DNA of 58,531 bases from Candidatus Omnitrophota bacterium. GTDB lineage: Bacteria > Omnitrophota > Gorgyraeia > Gorgyraeales > Gorgyraeaceae. Positions 37,129 to 47,392 of the stretch are shown here, piece by piece; the first letter of the stretch is position 1; the number at the start of each line of letters is the position of its first letter. The notes below the pieces were generated by a model, which did no database searches, was not told where the DNA came from, and was given only the letters and a program-made list of their open reading frames with translations. The position numbers were made by a program, and so were the translations under genes. The DNA lies in assembly GCA_043814965.1 (NCBI GenBank), contig JBDRJN010000002.1, positions 105,984 to 164,514 of the forward strand, written 5' to 3'.

Positions 37129-38142
37129 ATGAATTGGGCCTTACCAGTATTTTTAAATCTATTGATATTGATACCTATATTAGTGATATTTTTTATATTT
37201 GTCGCTAAGTCCAAAGAAAGGTCCTTGAGGATATTAGGCGATATGGAGGTAGTAAAAAAGATCTCTTTTTCAAAAGATATAGCAAGAGATCACCTTAAGG
37301 CTTTATTGATAATACTGGCTAGTTTCTTTTTGATCATATCGATCGCAAGGCCGCAGATAGGTTCCAGGCTAGTCATGAATAGAAGGAGCGGAATAGACAT
37401 AATAGCCGCTATAGATACATCCCTTAGTATGAAGGCCCAGGATATAAAACCTGCTAGATTAGATAAGGCAAAGCTTGAACTAGGTTCTTTTATAGATAAA
37501 TTAAAAGGAGACAGGATCGGTATTCTAACGTTTTCCGGAGATAGTTTTGTGCAGTGTCCTCTCACTTTGGACTACAATGCTGCAAAACTTTTTCTGGATG
37601 TTATAGAGGTCGGTATAATACCCAAACCTGGGACTGCGATCGGAGAAGCTATAAAAAAGGCTGTAGATAGTTTTGTCAAAAAAGAGACTAAATATAAAGT
37701 ACTCGTACTTCTTACAGATGGTGAAGATCACGAGAGTGACCCTCTAGGCGCTGGCCGCCTTGCAAAGAAAGAAGGTGTCATAATATATACGATAGGGATT
37801 GGCACAAAGCAAGGTGAGCCTGTCCCATTGATAGATGGTTCAGGAAATGTCTCAGGGTATAAAAAGGATACCTCAGGAGAAGTCGTCATATCAAAGCTTG
37901 ATGATAGTACTCTTCAGCGGATCGCTGTCATGACAGGAGGTAAGTATTATAATGCGACCCCCAGTGAATTTGAGCTGGAAAATATATATGAAGATATAAG
38001 CAAGATGGAAAGGAAAGAGCTGTCCGGCAGGCTCTTCACGCAATATGAGGACAGGTTCCAGTATTTTCTTGCAATAGCGTTGATACTTGTTTGTTTAGAG
38101 TTTCTTATAGGGGATAGGAAGAAAAATGCAGATATTTCTTGA
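37129..38142 (+). CDS. batB: BatB-like vWA-domain membrane protein
   Basis: DTSLSM MIDAS motif; N- and C-terminal TM segments. Confidence 0.8.
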   Translation: MNWALPVFLNLLILIPILVIFFIFVAKSKERSLRILGDMEVVKKISFSKDIARDHLKALLIILASFFLIISIARPQIGSRLVMNRRSGIDIIAAIDTSLSMKAQDIKPARLDKAKLELGSFIDKLKGDRIGILTFSGDSFVQCPLTLDYNAAKLFLDVIEVGIIPKPGTAIGEAIKKAVDSFVKKETKYKVLVLLTDGEDHESDPLGAGRLAKKEGVIIYTIGIGTKQGEPVPLIDGSGNVSGYKKDTSGEVVISKLDDSTLQRIAVMTGGKYYNATPSEFELENIYEDISKMERKELSGRLFTQYEDRFQYFLAIALILVCLEFLIGDRKKNADIS

Positions 38143-39052
38143 TTTTTTTGGCTGTAGGGGGTTAAAAAACACAGAGCGAAGCTGCCTCGCTGGGGCAGAT
38201 GAGAGTCTTTTTGAAACCCCCTACAGCCAAAAAAGAATAAGCATATTAAAGTTTTTAGTGTTAGCTAGCCTGTCTTTTTCTACTATTGGCTGGGCATGGT
38301 GGAATCCCATTGCCAGAAAAGACAAAGAAGCAAGAGAACTTTACAAAGAAGACAAGGTGGATAAGGCGCTCAAAAAATGGAAAGACGCCCAGATAGATAA
38401 CCCGCACAACAATGAACTGCAGTATAATATAGGTAATGCTTTGCATAAGCTTGATAAATATGAAGATGCTTATAAGGAATACGGGAAAAGCGTTTCCTCA
38501 AAAGATGATGAACTCAAGGCCAAGGCATATTATAATATGGGTAATACAAATTACAGGCTGGGGAAACTTAATGAAGCGATAGATTCTTATAAGAATACTC
38601 TCGCTATAGAACCTGATGATGAAGACGCAAAGTATAATATAGAATTTATACAGAAATTGCTTGATAAGAAAAAAGAAGAAAGTTCCAAGAAGAAAGATCC
38701 TGAAAAAAATGAGGAGAATAAAGATCAGCAAGAGAAAAGCCAGGGCTCGCGGGGCGAAAGCCAGGACCAGAAAGAGGCTTCTAGCCGGAGAGAATTAGAA
38801 GGCCAGGAGGATAAGAAAGAAGAGAATAATGGCTCCGGGGAAAAAGGATCCGGCGAAAAAAAAGAAGAGCCTAAAGAAGATAGATCAAGTGAAGGCTCTC
38901 AAGAAAAAGAAGCCAAGTCTCAGAAGCCGGAGATGTCCAAAGAAGATGCTATGAGATTATTGGACGCATTAAAAGATGATGAACGAGATATACAAAAAAG
39001 CCTGATAAAGCAGTATAAAGAAGGCAGCTATAATGTTGAGAAGGATTGGTAG
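38126..39052 (+). CDS. batC: BatC-like TPR protein with charged low-complexity C terminus (start uncertain)
   Basis: TPR repeats (YNIGNALHKL, AYYNMGNTNYRLG). The Glu/Lys/Ser-rich tail may be a linker. Confidence 0.75.
   Translation: MQIFLDFFGCRGLKNTERSCLAGADESLFETPYSQKRISILKFLVLASLSFSTIGWAWWNPIARKDKEARELYKEDKVDKALKKWKDAQIDNPHNNELQYNIGNALHKLDKYEDAYKEYGKSVSSKDDELKAKAYYNMGNTNYRLGKLNEAIDSYKNTLAIEPDDEDAKYNIEFIQKLLDKKKEESSKKKDPEKNEENKDQQEKSQGSRGESQDQKEASSRRELEGQEDKKEENNGSGEKGSGEKKEEPKEDRSSEGSQEKEAKSQKPEMSKEDAMRLLDALKDDERDIQKSLIKQYKEGSYNVEKDW
38144..38234. mobile_element. palindromic element with the family 4 core, lying inside the annotated 5' end of batC
   Basis: Perfect 20-bp inverted termini ttttttggctgtagggggtt / aaccccctacagccaaaaaa around the core gagcgaag..cgctggggca..gagagtcttttt. 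Confidence 0.7.
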
Positions 39053-39053
39053 C

Positions 39054-40913
39054 ATGAAAAGAACTTTATTTTGTATAATATTTATATTTATTTTTTTACC
39101 ATGTTCTTTTGCTGGGCCGCAGGATATCTCAATATCAGCTAGCATAGACAAGGAAGAGATATGTGTAGACGAGGAGATCTCGCTCACCATCGTTGTAAGC
39201 GGGAGCATATCTAATATACCAGAACCCACGATACCGGATCTGGGTGGATTTGGTTATTATTCTTCAGGAAGGTCTCAGAACATCTCTATAATAAACAGCA
39301 AGGTCTCGAGCTCTGTCTCTTTTAATTATGTACTTGTACCCAATAGTGCTGGAGAACATACGCTGGGGCCTTTTACTATAGAATACAAAGGCAATACCTA
39401 TTCTACAGGCTCTATAAAGGTCAACGTCCTCCCTGAAAAAGCCAAGAAAAGCACTGTCTCATCTAAATATACTTACCCTGAAGATAGCGGAACCAGCAAC
39501 CCGGAGCCTGACCCTAGGAATAAAGGCAGGGAGCTTTTTATTACTACGGCCATTGATAAGAATTCAGCATATGTCAATGAGCAGATAACACTTACATTTT
39601 CTTTTTATCAGTCAGTGGACCTGTTTGAGAATCCCAGGTATTCTCCTCCTGATACGACAGGCTTTTGGACAGAGGATATGCCCCCTCAAAATAAATATTA
39701 CAAGGCCATCAATGGCACAAGGTATCTTGTAACTGAGATCAAAACAGCGCTTTTTGCAACTTCACCTGGGCAATTTACAATAGGCCCTGCAACGCTGGAA
39801 GCCAGCGTAGAGGATGTCGAGAGATTTATTTCAAGAAGCCCGTTCAGTGTATTTGATAGAGACCCTTTTAGTATCTTTAGGAGAGGTAAACCCATAGTAC
39901 TCAGGACAGAACCCATAGAAGTGAATGTGCTTTCTTTGCCCGATGAAAGTAAGCCTATTGGATTTAAAGGGGATGTAGGTAGATTCGATCTAAAAGCCGC
40001 TATAGACAAAGAAAAAATCACACAGAACGAGCCAGTGACTTTAAATATGAAGGTAGAAGGAAAAGGTAACATAAAGACCATCTCCAGCCCTTTTATCCCT
40101 GAACTGGATAATGTAAAATCCTATGATTCCGGGAGCTCAGAGAACATCTCCAAGGATAATTATATAGTACAGGGCAATAAGACGTTCGAAAAGATGATCA
40201 TACCGAAAAAAGAAGGTAAATTATCCATAGGCCCCATAGAGTATAGTTATTTTGACCCTTACGAGAAAAGGTATGTTGAAAAAAAGATAGGGCCCATAAA
40301 TATAGAGGTTGAGAAAACAGAAGGATCTGAACCTGATACCATATCTACGCCTATGGCCCCAGGCCTTACTAAAGAAGAGATAAAGATATTTAAAAAAGAT
40401 ATCTCGTATATAAAGGTACATCCTTCACCTTTTACTTCACAAAAAAGGACCTTGTATAAAAATAAGATCTTTATAGCTATTGATCTATCAGCACTGCTCC
40501 TATATATAATACTGCTTACCCTGAGTCTCTACAGGGAAAGGCTTAAAAAGGATATAGGATATGCCCGTTCCAGGAGCGCAAAGCGCATTGCCTCGGCCAG
40601 GCTTAAGAAGGCAAGGCAGTTTTTGACCAAAGGCTCTACAAAGGACTTTTACAGCGAGATATATAAAGCTGTCATAGAATACATAGCAGGTAAGCTCAAT
40701 ATTCCGAATGGATCTATTACAAAAAGGCTGCTGGAAGAGACCTTAATCAAAAGAGGGCTTTCCAATGAGGCTATCAATGATATCGGTGAGTTATTTGACC
40801 TTTGCGACATGGCAAGATTTGCGTCAGGTAAGTTTACCAAGGAAGATATGGCCAATACAGTGGAAAAGGCCATTTACATAATAGGGGAACTTGAAAAGAT
40901 CAAAAAGGGTTAA
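39054..40913 (+). CDS. batD: BatD-like oxygen-tolerance protein
   Basis: Signal peptide, beta-rich repeats and a C-terminal TM segment; position in the operon. ATG 39054 follows the batC stop. Confidence 0.7.
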   Translation: MKRTLFCIIFIFIFLPCSFAGPQDISISASIDKEEICVDEEISLTIVVSGSISNIPEPTIPDLGGFGYYSSGRSQNISIINSKVSSSVSFNYVLVPNSAGEHTLGPFTIEYKGNTYSTGSIKVNVLPEKAKKSTVSSKYTYPEDSGTSNPEPDPRNKGRELFITTAIDKNSAYVNEQITLTFSFYQSVDLFENPRYSPPDTTGFWTEDMPPQNKYYKAINGTRYLVTEIKTALFATSPGQFTIGPATLEASVEDVERFISRSPFSVFDRDPFSIFRRGKPIVLRTEPIEVNVLSLPDESKPIGFKGDVGRFDLKAAIDKEKITQNEPVTLNMKVEGKGNIKTISSPFIPELDNVKSYDSGSSENISKDNYIVQGNKTFEKMIIPKKEGKLSIGPIEYSYFDPYEKRYVEKKIGPINIEVEKTEGSEPDTISTPMAPGLTKEEIKIFKKDISYIKVHPSPFTSQKRTLYKNKIFIAIDLSALLLYIILLTLSLYRERLKKDIGYARSRSAKRIASARLKKARQFLTKGSTKDFYSEIYKAVIEYIAGKLNIPNGSITKRLLEETLIKRGLSNEAINDIGELFDLCDMARFASGKFTKEDMANTVEKAIYIIGELEKIKKG

Positions 40914-40925
40914 GGGTAACGGGTT

Positions 40926-41702
40926 ATGGGTAATGGGATTATAAACAATACGAAAAAGGCAGTGTTTATATTTTTTATTGTGTTTATTTTTAGCGGGGTT
41001 TTATTCGCTGATCCTCCGGAAGATATTTTTAATTCAGCTAACCTTAAATACCAGAACGAAGATTATGAAGGCGCAGCCGCGCTTTATGAAAAACTTATAG
41101 ATATGGACAAAGCGAATGTAGAGGTGTTCTATAACCTAGGGAATAGTTATTTTAAAAAAGGCTCTACAGGAAAAGCTATCCTGAATTATGAAAGAGCGCT
41201 GAGGATATCCCCCAGAGACAGGGATATCCTGCTGAATCTGAAGATCGCAAGGGCGCTTACCTTGGACAAGATCGAAGGGCCGGATAGGGGATTTATCTTA
41301 AGCGCAATATTTTTCTTTTATGATAAGTTAAATATAGATGAGTTGACGATAGCCAGCTCTATGATCTTTATTATAATGATCATGTTCTTGGTCTTTTCTA
41401 TAAATTTTGTTGAAAAAAGAAAATATATATTTTATACTGTAAGCGCGTTCGGAATATTATTTATAGTATTTATAATATTTTTGTCCTCGAAGATACAAGC
41501 TCAGTATTTTCTAAAAGAAGCTATAGTGATTTCTGAAGAAATTGATATAAGAAGCGGGCCAAAAGAAGATTATCTAAAGCAGTTTACATTGCATGAAGGA
41601 ACAAGGCTCCGGGTGCTAAAAAAGATAAATAACTGGTATGAAGTAGGCCTTTCGAAGGATCTAAGGGGCTGGCTTCCTCAGGATAGCGTCGATATCATCT
41701 AA
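40926..41702 (+). CDS. batE: BatE-like TPR + SH3b protein
   Basis: TPR repeats, TM segments, and C-terminal NNWYEVGLSKDLRGWLPQDSV (SH3b). Confidence 0.7.
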   Translation: MGNGIINNTKKAVFIFFIVFIFSGVLFADPPEDIFNSANLKYQNEDYEGAAALYEKLIDMDKANVEVFYNLGNSYFKKGSTGKAILNYERALRISPRDRDILLNLKIARALTLDKIEGPDRGFILSAIFFFYDKLNIDELTIASSMIFIIMIMFLVFSINFVEKRKYIFYTVSAFGILFIVFIIFLSSKIQAQYFLKEAIVISEEIDIRSGPKEDYLKQFTLHEGTRLRVLKKINNWYEVGLSKDLRGWLPQDSVDII

Positions 41703-41703
41703 A

Positions 41704-41751
41704 ACACTACATATAGTTATTGAGTACCGGCCAAATAGCAATATATTGTAT
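41704..41751. promoter_or_regulatory. two tandem NrdR-box-like palindromes, 32 bp apart
   Basis: ACACTACATATAGTTA (41704..41719) and TAGCAATATATTGTAT (41736..41751) compared with the consensus acaCwAtATaTwGtgt. Confidence 0.55.
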
Positions 41752-41759
41752 TTTTTCAC

Positions 41760-41787
41760 TTGACTTGATATTATTAGATGATATACT
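41760..41787 (+). promoter_or_regulatory. sigma70-type promoter, TTGACT-16 nt-TATACT
   Basis: Hexamers read directly upstream of nrdJ. Confidence 0.5.
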
Positions 41788-41854
41788 TATTTTTGTGTCT
41801 AACCAAAAAATAACCACGTAACACCAACCCCGCGGAAGCATACAGGAGGTGAAG

Positions 41855-44800
41855 ATGCAGGTAGAAACAAATGGCATGAAAAAAATAAACATCTCTGAAA
41901 ATTGTCTGACAGTCCTTAAGCGTAGATATTTAAAAAAAGATAAGGATGGAGTGGTGATCGAGACTCCCGAGGAGATGTTTAAAAGAGTCGCTTTTCACAT
42001 AGCTAAGGCTGATGAGCTGTATGGGGCGGCTGTCGAAGAGATCAAAGAAGTAGAGAATAATTTTTACGATGCGATGAGTAATTTTGAGTTCATGCCAAAC
42101 AGCCCAACGCTCATGAATGCAGGAAAAGAGTTAGGGCAATTATCCGCATGTTTTGTCTTGCCTGTAGGAGATTCGATGGATTCAATATTCGATGCAATAA
42201 AAAATACGGCCATGATCCACAAATGCTTGACCGCAGATACACTAGTTAAGACTAAAAGCGGCATAAAGAGGTTAAATGAAATAAAGAAAAATACCAAGAT
42301 TCAGACTAAAGAAGGGTATTCGCTTGTAAAAGGCCTTTATAACAATGGAAAACAGATTGTTTTTGAGGTTACTACAAATAGGGGTTATGCAATAAAAGGA
42401 ACGGGGGAGCATAAACTTTTAGTAGTAGCTGAGAATGGTGAATATGTTTGGCGGGAGATAGGAGACCTTAAAGCTGGCGATTGGGTAGCGATGAAACTCT
42501 GCGATAAATTGGATGGCGGAAAAAATAAGTTACCTTCTTTTAGATATAGATCCAAACCGGTGGTAAATTCAGGCCAATTCAAAGCACATGGAATAAATAT
42601 TCTTGAAACATTGACTTGTGAGTTAGCAGAACTAATAGGTCTTTATGTGGGCGATGGATCCAACCATAGAGATGGTATCAGATTTTCTGTTGGAAAAGAT
42701 GATAGAGAGATGGTGGATATAATAAAACGTTTGTCAAAGGCTGTTTTTAATAAGGAAGCTAGCTTTAGTTTGACAGCGAACAAGGGTTATGAGGTTGCGA
42801 TTTTAAGTATTATAGCTAAACAGTGGTTTGAATTTTTAGGCATAACCAAGCCTTCTTCCAGAAATGCAAGAATTCCTGATGTTCTTTTAGGGGCAACTGA
42901 AGATATAATCTGCGCTTTTCTAAGAGGGTTGTTCTCTGCTGACGGTTGTATTCGGGAAACAGGCCATATAACATTAAGCACAAGCTCTAAGGTTCTTTCA
43001 GAAGACCTCCAGAGCTTAATGTTTTATATAGGTATACCTACGCAGAGAACCTATTTCAAATTTACGGACAGTTTCCAGGTTTCTGTATGCACAAAACAGG
43101 GATTTTTGAATTTCAAGAAAAAGATAGGATTTTTGTTAAAGAGAAAAAATGATAGGTTAAAAGGGGTTGTTATTTCTTCAATGTTTAAGCGCGGAGAGGT
43201 TATACCGAATCAAAAAAACAGGATCAAAGACTGGTATAATGAACTTGGCAGTTTTTCTGAAAGGCATGAGGCTCGCAGGTTATTTGATGATATTATGCAT
43301 AGGAATATCAGCCCCAGAGAGTTGACCAGGCAAAAGATCGTTTCTGTTATTGAGAAGATATCTTATATGCCACAATTTTTTAAGACAATATTAAAGGAAG
43401 AATACTTTTTTGTAAGGGTTTCCGGTGTCAGTCTTTTAGGTATAATGGATACCTATGATTTGACAGTTCCTTGCGGGCATAATTATTTAGCAAATGGGTT
43501 TATATCCCATAATTCCGGAGGTGGTACTGGATTTAGCTTTTCAAGGCTGCGTGGTAAAAATAGCGTTGTAAGATCAACGGGCGGCGTATCAAGCGGGCCC
43601 GTATCTTTTATGAAGGTATTCAATGCTGCTACTCAAGCAGTGAAGCAAGGCGGTACGCGCCGCGGCGCCAATATGGGGATCCTCAGGATAGACCATCCTG
43701 ACATACTTGAATTTATAAGGTGCAAAGAAAGCGATAAAGAGATAACTAATTTTAATATATCCATTGCCTTGACAGAAGATTTTATGAAAAAAGTCATAGA
43801 TGACAAAGAGTACAATCTGATAGACCCCCATACCAAAAAGGTCGTCAATAGGCTCAAGGCAAAAGAAGTATTTGACCTGATCGTGGAGCTTGCATGGAAA
43901 AATGGTGAACCTGGTATCGTGTTTATAGACAGGATAAACAAATATAACCCTACTCCCAAACTAGGAGAGATAGAATCTACTAATCCGTGCGTTACAGGAA
44001 ATACCCTGGTCTCTACAGAACATGGGCTTATGAAGATGAGCGATATAGTTAAGTTTTTTAAAAAAGGAGGCCTCAGGGTTGCCACTGATGACAGGGTTGC
44101 TGAAATATTATATTCCGAAGGGCAAAGAGGCGGATTGGCAATAAAGGCAAGATGCGGCATTACATTTAACTCTATAAGTAAGGCACTGTATAGCGGAGAA
44201 AAAGAAGTGTTTAAACTGGTAACCGCTTCTGGTTATGAATTAGAAGCAACAGGCGATCATAAGATAATGACTACAAAAGGCTGGATTGAATTAAAAGGCC
44301 TTAAGAAAAATTATCACAAAATATTGATCCAGTCAGGCGAAGGAAGATTTAATGAGGATAAACGCCTGCCGTTTCCTGTTGTAAACAATTTTATAGGAGA
44401 AAACGGGCTTAGGTCTAAACTTAATTTGCCTTTAGAGTGGAGTAAGGAATTGGGCCAGGCTTTAGGCTGGATCGTAGGTGATGGATGGCTTAGGGAAGGA
44501 GAGAAAGATTGTAGAGTTGGGTTGACATTCAGTAAAGATGACAAAGAAATTTTAGCTTCCCTAAAGGAGAGTCTCAATAATTGGTATGGATGCGATATCA
44601 AAGAGGTTAAAAGGGAGAACGGAGTAAAGCACTTATCGTACCATAGTAAATATTTTGTTGAATTTTTTAAATCTTTAGGAGTTAAGGCATGGCAGTCTCA
44701 TGAAAAAGAAGTGCCTGAGTCGATTTATACTGCGCCAAAAGAAGCAGTGATAGGATTTTTGCAGGGTTTGTTTGGAGCTGATGGCACAGTAAGGGATAAT

Positions 44801-46660
44801 CCTAAAAGTAATAGCTCATGGGTTGCCTTGACATCAAAAAGTAAAACATTGCTCAACCAAGTACAATTATTATTGTTAAATTTTGGAATTAAAAGTAAGC
44901 TTTACGATCGCAGCAGAAAACCTAGAGAAAATTTATTCCCATATATTACGAAAGACGGTAAACATAAGACCTATAGCAGCGATGGGATTCTGTTTGAACT
45001 AGGGATATTTGGAGAAAGCCGCGAGAGATTTAGATTGCTAGTAGGTTTTTCAAACGAGAAAAAAAATAAAAGTTTGGATAGTATAAGATTTAAAAGATTT
45101 TATCGTCAGGAATATGAAGAAGATATTTTATTTATCAAAAAAATTGGAAAACGGAAAGTATATGATATTACAGAACCACAAACACACTCTATGATTGTCA
45201 GTGGTATTGTAGCTCATCAATGCGGGGAACAGCCGCTTCTGCCGTTCGAAAGCTGCAACCTGGGTTCGATAAATCTTTCAACAGTTGTGGTTGGTAATGA
45301 GAAAAAGGAAATAGATTGGGAGAAACTAAAAAAGCTTGTACATACCGCAGTACATTTTCTTGATAATGTCATAGACATGAATAAGTTCCCGCTAAAAGAG
45401 ATAGAAGACATGACCCGCGCCAATAGAAAAATAGGGCTGGGTGTCATGGGGTGGGCAGATATGCTTATAAAATTGGAGATACCCTATAATAGCGATGAGG
45501 CAGTAGAGCTGGCTGGAAAAATTGCTAGTTTTATAGATGAAGAGTCAAAGGTGAAGTCAGAAGAGTTGGCTGGTAAAAGAGGAGCTTTCCCGTCATACAA
45601 TGACAGTATCTTTGCTGAACAAGAGGTAGGCATGAGAAGGAACGCGACCCTTACTACTATTGCCCCGACAGGTACCATATCGATCATATCCAATACATCA
45701 AGCGGTATTGAGCCTATATTCGCGCTTTCGTATTACAGGAATGTCATGGATAACGATAAACTTGTAGAGGTCAATCCTTTGTTTGAGGAGATAGCAAAAA
45801 ATGAGGGGTTTTATTCCAGGAAACTTATGGAAGATATTGCAGAAAGGGGTAGCGTAAAGGATATCCCAGAAGTCCCTGAGAAATATAAAAAGACATTTGT
45901 GACCTCACATGACATAGCGCCTATTTGGCATATAAGGATGCAGGCAGCTTTTCAGAGATATACTGACAATGCTGTTTCAAAGACAGTTAACTTTCATCAG
46001 GATGCTTCCAAGGAAGATGTGCATGAAGTCTATATGCTTGCGTATAAATTAGGATGTAAAGGCATCACTATATATAGGGATAAAAGCAGGGAAGAACAAG
46101 TGCTTAATATAAGCTCAAACCCCGCGCTTAGCAAGAACATCTCTATCGCAAAAGATAAAAATGTAGCTCCCAGGCCAAGGCCTGTTGTGACGACTGGTAC
46201 GACTACTAAGGTAAATACCGGCTGCGGTAATCTGTATATTACTATCAATGTGGATGACAACAATATGCCATTCGAGGTATTTATCCAGATGGGAAAAGCT
46301 GGCGGCTGCGCAGCCAGCCAGCTGGAGGCAATAGGAAGGCTTGTGTCTTTAGCGCTTCGTTCAGGAGTTGAAAATAAAAAGATCGTAGACCAGCTAAGGG
46401 GCATCCGCTGTCCTTCTCCGTCGTGGGGAAAAGGCGGGAGGATATTCTCATGCGCTGATGCTATAGCAAGAGTGCTTGAATTGAGGCTGGGAAGCGGCAG
46501 TATGCATACCAAAGAGGAAGAGCTTGAACAAAGGTCTCCTCATACAATGATAGAAGATAAGCTGGGTAATGTCGTGGGAGTGTGTCCTGATTGCGGGGCT
46601 GCGCTCAGGCACGAAGAAGGTTGTGTAGTATGCCGTTCCTGTGGTTATTCAAAGTGCTGA
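41855..46660 (+). CDS. nrdJ: class II (adenosylcobalamin-dependent) ribonucleotide reductase carrying two inteins; the spliced extein is about 760 aa
   Basis: Extein motifs [14 protein letters not shown]|[16 protein letters not shown]|[19 protein letters not shown], and a C-terminal [13 protein letters not shown] zinc ribbon. ATG 41855 follows SD AGGAGG. Confidence 0.9.
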   Translation: MQVETNGMKKINISENCLTVLKRRYLKKDKDGVVIETPEEMFKRVAFHIAKADELYGAAVEEIKEVENNFYDAMSNFEFMPNSPTLMNAGKELGQLSACFVLPVGDSMDSIFDAIKNTAMIHKCLTADTLVKTKSGIKRLNEIKKNTKIQTKEGYSLVKGLYNNGKQIVFEVTTNRGYAIKGTGEHKLLVVAENGEYVWREIGDLKAGDWVAMKLCDKLDGGKNKLPSFRYRSKPVVNSGQFKAHGINILETLTCELAELIGLYVGDGSNHRDGIRFSVGKDDREMVDIIKRLSKAVFNKEASFSLTANKGYEVAILSIIAKQWFEFLGITKPSSRNARIPDVLLGATEDIICAFLRGLFSADGCIRETGHITLSTSSKVLSEDLQSLMFYIGIPTQRTYFKFTDSFQVSVCTKQGFLNFKKKIGFLLKRKNDRLKGVVISSMFKRGEVIPNQKNRIKDWYNELGSFSERHEARRLFDDIMHRNISPRELTRQKIVSVIEKISYMPQFFKTILKEEYFFVRVSGVSLLGIMDTYDLTVPCGHNYLANGFISHNSGGGTGFSFSRLRGKNSVVRSTGGVSSGPVSFMKVFNAATQAVKQGGTRRGANMGILRIDHPDILEFIRCKESDKEITNFNISIALTEDFMKKVIDDKEYNLIDPHTKKVVNRLKAKEVFDLIVELAWKNGEPGIVFIDRINKYNPTPKLGEIESTNPCVTGNTLVSTEHGLMKMSDIVKFFKKGGLRVATDDRVAEILYSEGQRGGLAIKARCGITFNSISKALYSGEKEVFKLVTASGYELEATGDHKIMTTKGWIELKGLKKNYHKILIQSGEGRFNEDKRLPFPVVNNFIGENGLRSKLNLPLEWSKELGQALGWIVGDGWLREGEKDCRVGLTFSKDDKEILASLKESLNNWYGCDIKEVKRENGVKHLSYHSKYFVEFFKSLGVKAWQSHEKEVPESIYTAPKEAVIGFLQGLFGADGTVRDNPKSNSSWVALTSKSKTLLNQVQLLLLNFGIKSKLYDRSRKPRENLFPYITKDGKHKTYSSDGILFELGIFGESRERFRLLVGFSNEKKNKSLDSIRFKRFYRQEYEEDILFIKKIGKRKVYDITEPQTHSMIVSGIVAHQCGEQPLLPFESCNLGSINLSTVVVGNEKKEIDWEKLKKLVHTAVHFLDNVIDMNKFPLKEIEDMTRANRKIGLGVMGWADMLIKLEIPYNSDEAVELAGKIASFIDEESKVKSEELAGKRGAFPSYNDSIFAEQEVGMRRNATLTTIAPTGTISIISNTSSGIEPIFALSYYRNVMDNDKLVEVNPLFEEIAKNEGFYSRKLMEDIAERGSVKDIPEVPEKYKKTFVTSHDIAPIWHIRMQAAFQRYTDNAVSKTVNFHQDASKEDVHEVYMLAYKLGCKGITIYRDKSREEQVLNISSNPALSKNISIAKDKNVAPRPRPVVTTGTTTKVNTGCGNLYITINVDDNNMPFEVFIQMGKAGGCAASQLEAIGRLVSLALRSGVENKKIVDQLRGIRCPSPSWGKGGRIFSCADAIARVLELRLGSGSMHTKEEELEQRSPHTMIEDKLGNVVGVCPDCGAALRHEEGCVVCRSCGYSKC
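42224..43513 (+). mobile_element. intein 1 (430 aa) with LAGLIDADG homing-endonuclease domain
   Basis: Starts CLTADTLV; block B GTGEHK; LAGLIDADG motifs [10 protein letters not shown] and [11 protein letters not shown]; ends FISHN with +1 Ser. Confidence 0.85.
43988..45220 (+). mobile_element. intein 2 (411 aa) with LAGLIDADG domain and a non-canonical C-terminal Gln
   Basis: Starts CVTGNTLV; block B ATGDHK; LGWIVGDGW and [11 protein letters not shown]; ends VAHQ with +1 Cys, the first residue of the CGEQ motif. Confidence 0.8.
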
Positions 46661-46664
46661 TATC

Positions 46665-47216
46665 ATGTCGATAAAACCGGATTCCTGGATAAAAAACATG
46701 GCTTTGGAAGGAGATATTATAAAGCCATTTGAACCAAGACAGATAAGAGAAGGTAATATCTCTTACGGCTTGTCTAGTTTTGGGTATGATATCAGGCTTT
46801 CGGATGAGTTTAAGATATTTAAAGGCGCCAAAGATAACTTAGTTGATCCAAAAAATATAGATAAAGATTTATTTGAAGACCATAGTGGGGATAATGTAAT
46901 TATCCCCCCTAATTCTTTTATACTCGCCAGGTCCTTAGAGTACTTTAAAATGCCTAAAAACGTTCTTGCCATTTGTACTGGTAAAAGTACCTATGCCAGG
47001 AGTGGAGCGCTGGTCAATGTAACGCCCCTTGAGCCAGGATGGGAAGGGTATTTAACTATCAGTATTGCCAATACTTCCTCATCAAAAGTCAAGATCTATG
47101 CGTTTGAGGGCATAGCGCAGATCATATTCTTTGAGTCCGGGGAAGAGTGCGATATCTCCTACTCTGACAGGCAAGGAAAGTACCAATCTCAGAAAACTAT
47201 AACCCTACCTAAATAA
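46665..47216 (+). CDS. dcd: dCTP deaminase
   Basis: [22 protein letters not shown] and [12 protein letters not shown] motifs. ATG 46665 lies just after the nrdJ stop. Confidence 0.85.
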   Translation: MSIKPDSWIKNMALEGDIIKPFEPRQIREGNISYGLSSFGYDIRLSDEFKIFKGAKDNLVDPKNIDKDLFEDHSGDNVIIPPNSFILARSLEYFKMPKNVLAICTGKSTYARSGALVNVTPLEPGWEGYLTISIANTSSSKVKIYAFEGIAQIIFFESGEECDISYSDRQGKYQSQKTITLPK

Positions 47217-47257
47217 ACAAGTTATAACAATTAATAAAATATAAAATAAGTCCAGTA

Positions 47258-47285
47258 TTGACAATTTAAAATTATAGTGTATACT
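47258..47285 (+). promoter_or_regulatory. sigma70-type promoter, TTGACA-16 nt-TATACT, upstream of the giant ORF
   Basis: Hexamers read directly; same architecture as the nrdJ promoter. Confidence 0.55.
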
Positions 47286-47353
47286 TTATACTAGAGTTTT
47301 AAAAAGTATTTAAAATTAGAGAAATTAAGTCATGGGTCTCTAATCGATATTGA

Positions 47354-47392
47354 AGAGCCAGGTATCTATCGAGACCTGGCTCTTATATTTTT
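47354..47392 (+). terminator. intrinsic terminator/attenuator inside the giant-ORF leader
   Basis: 10-bp stem agagccaggt / acctggctct, a 10-nt loop, then tatattttt. The upstream ggtctc (47335..47340) can instead pair with gagacc (47371..47376). Confidence 0.5.

Noticed and set aside
43633-46512. Minus-strand ORFs inside nrdJ (43633..44160, 46030..46512 and others)
   Set aside because: They are antisense to a motif-rich RNR/intein reading frame and are shadows.
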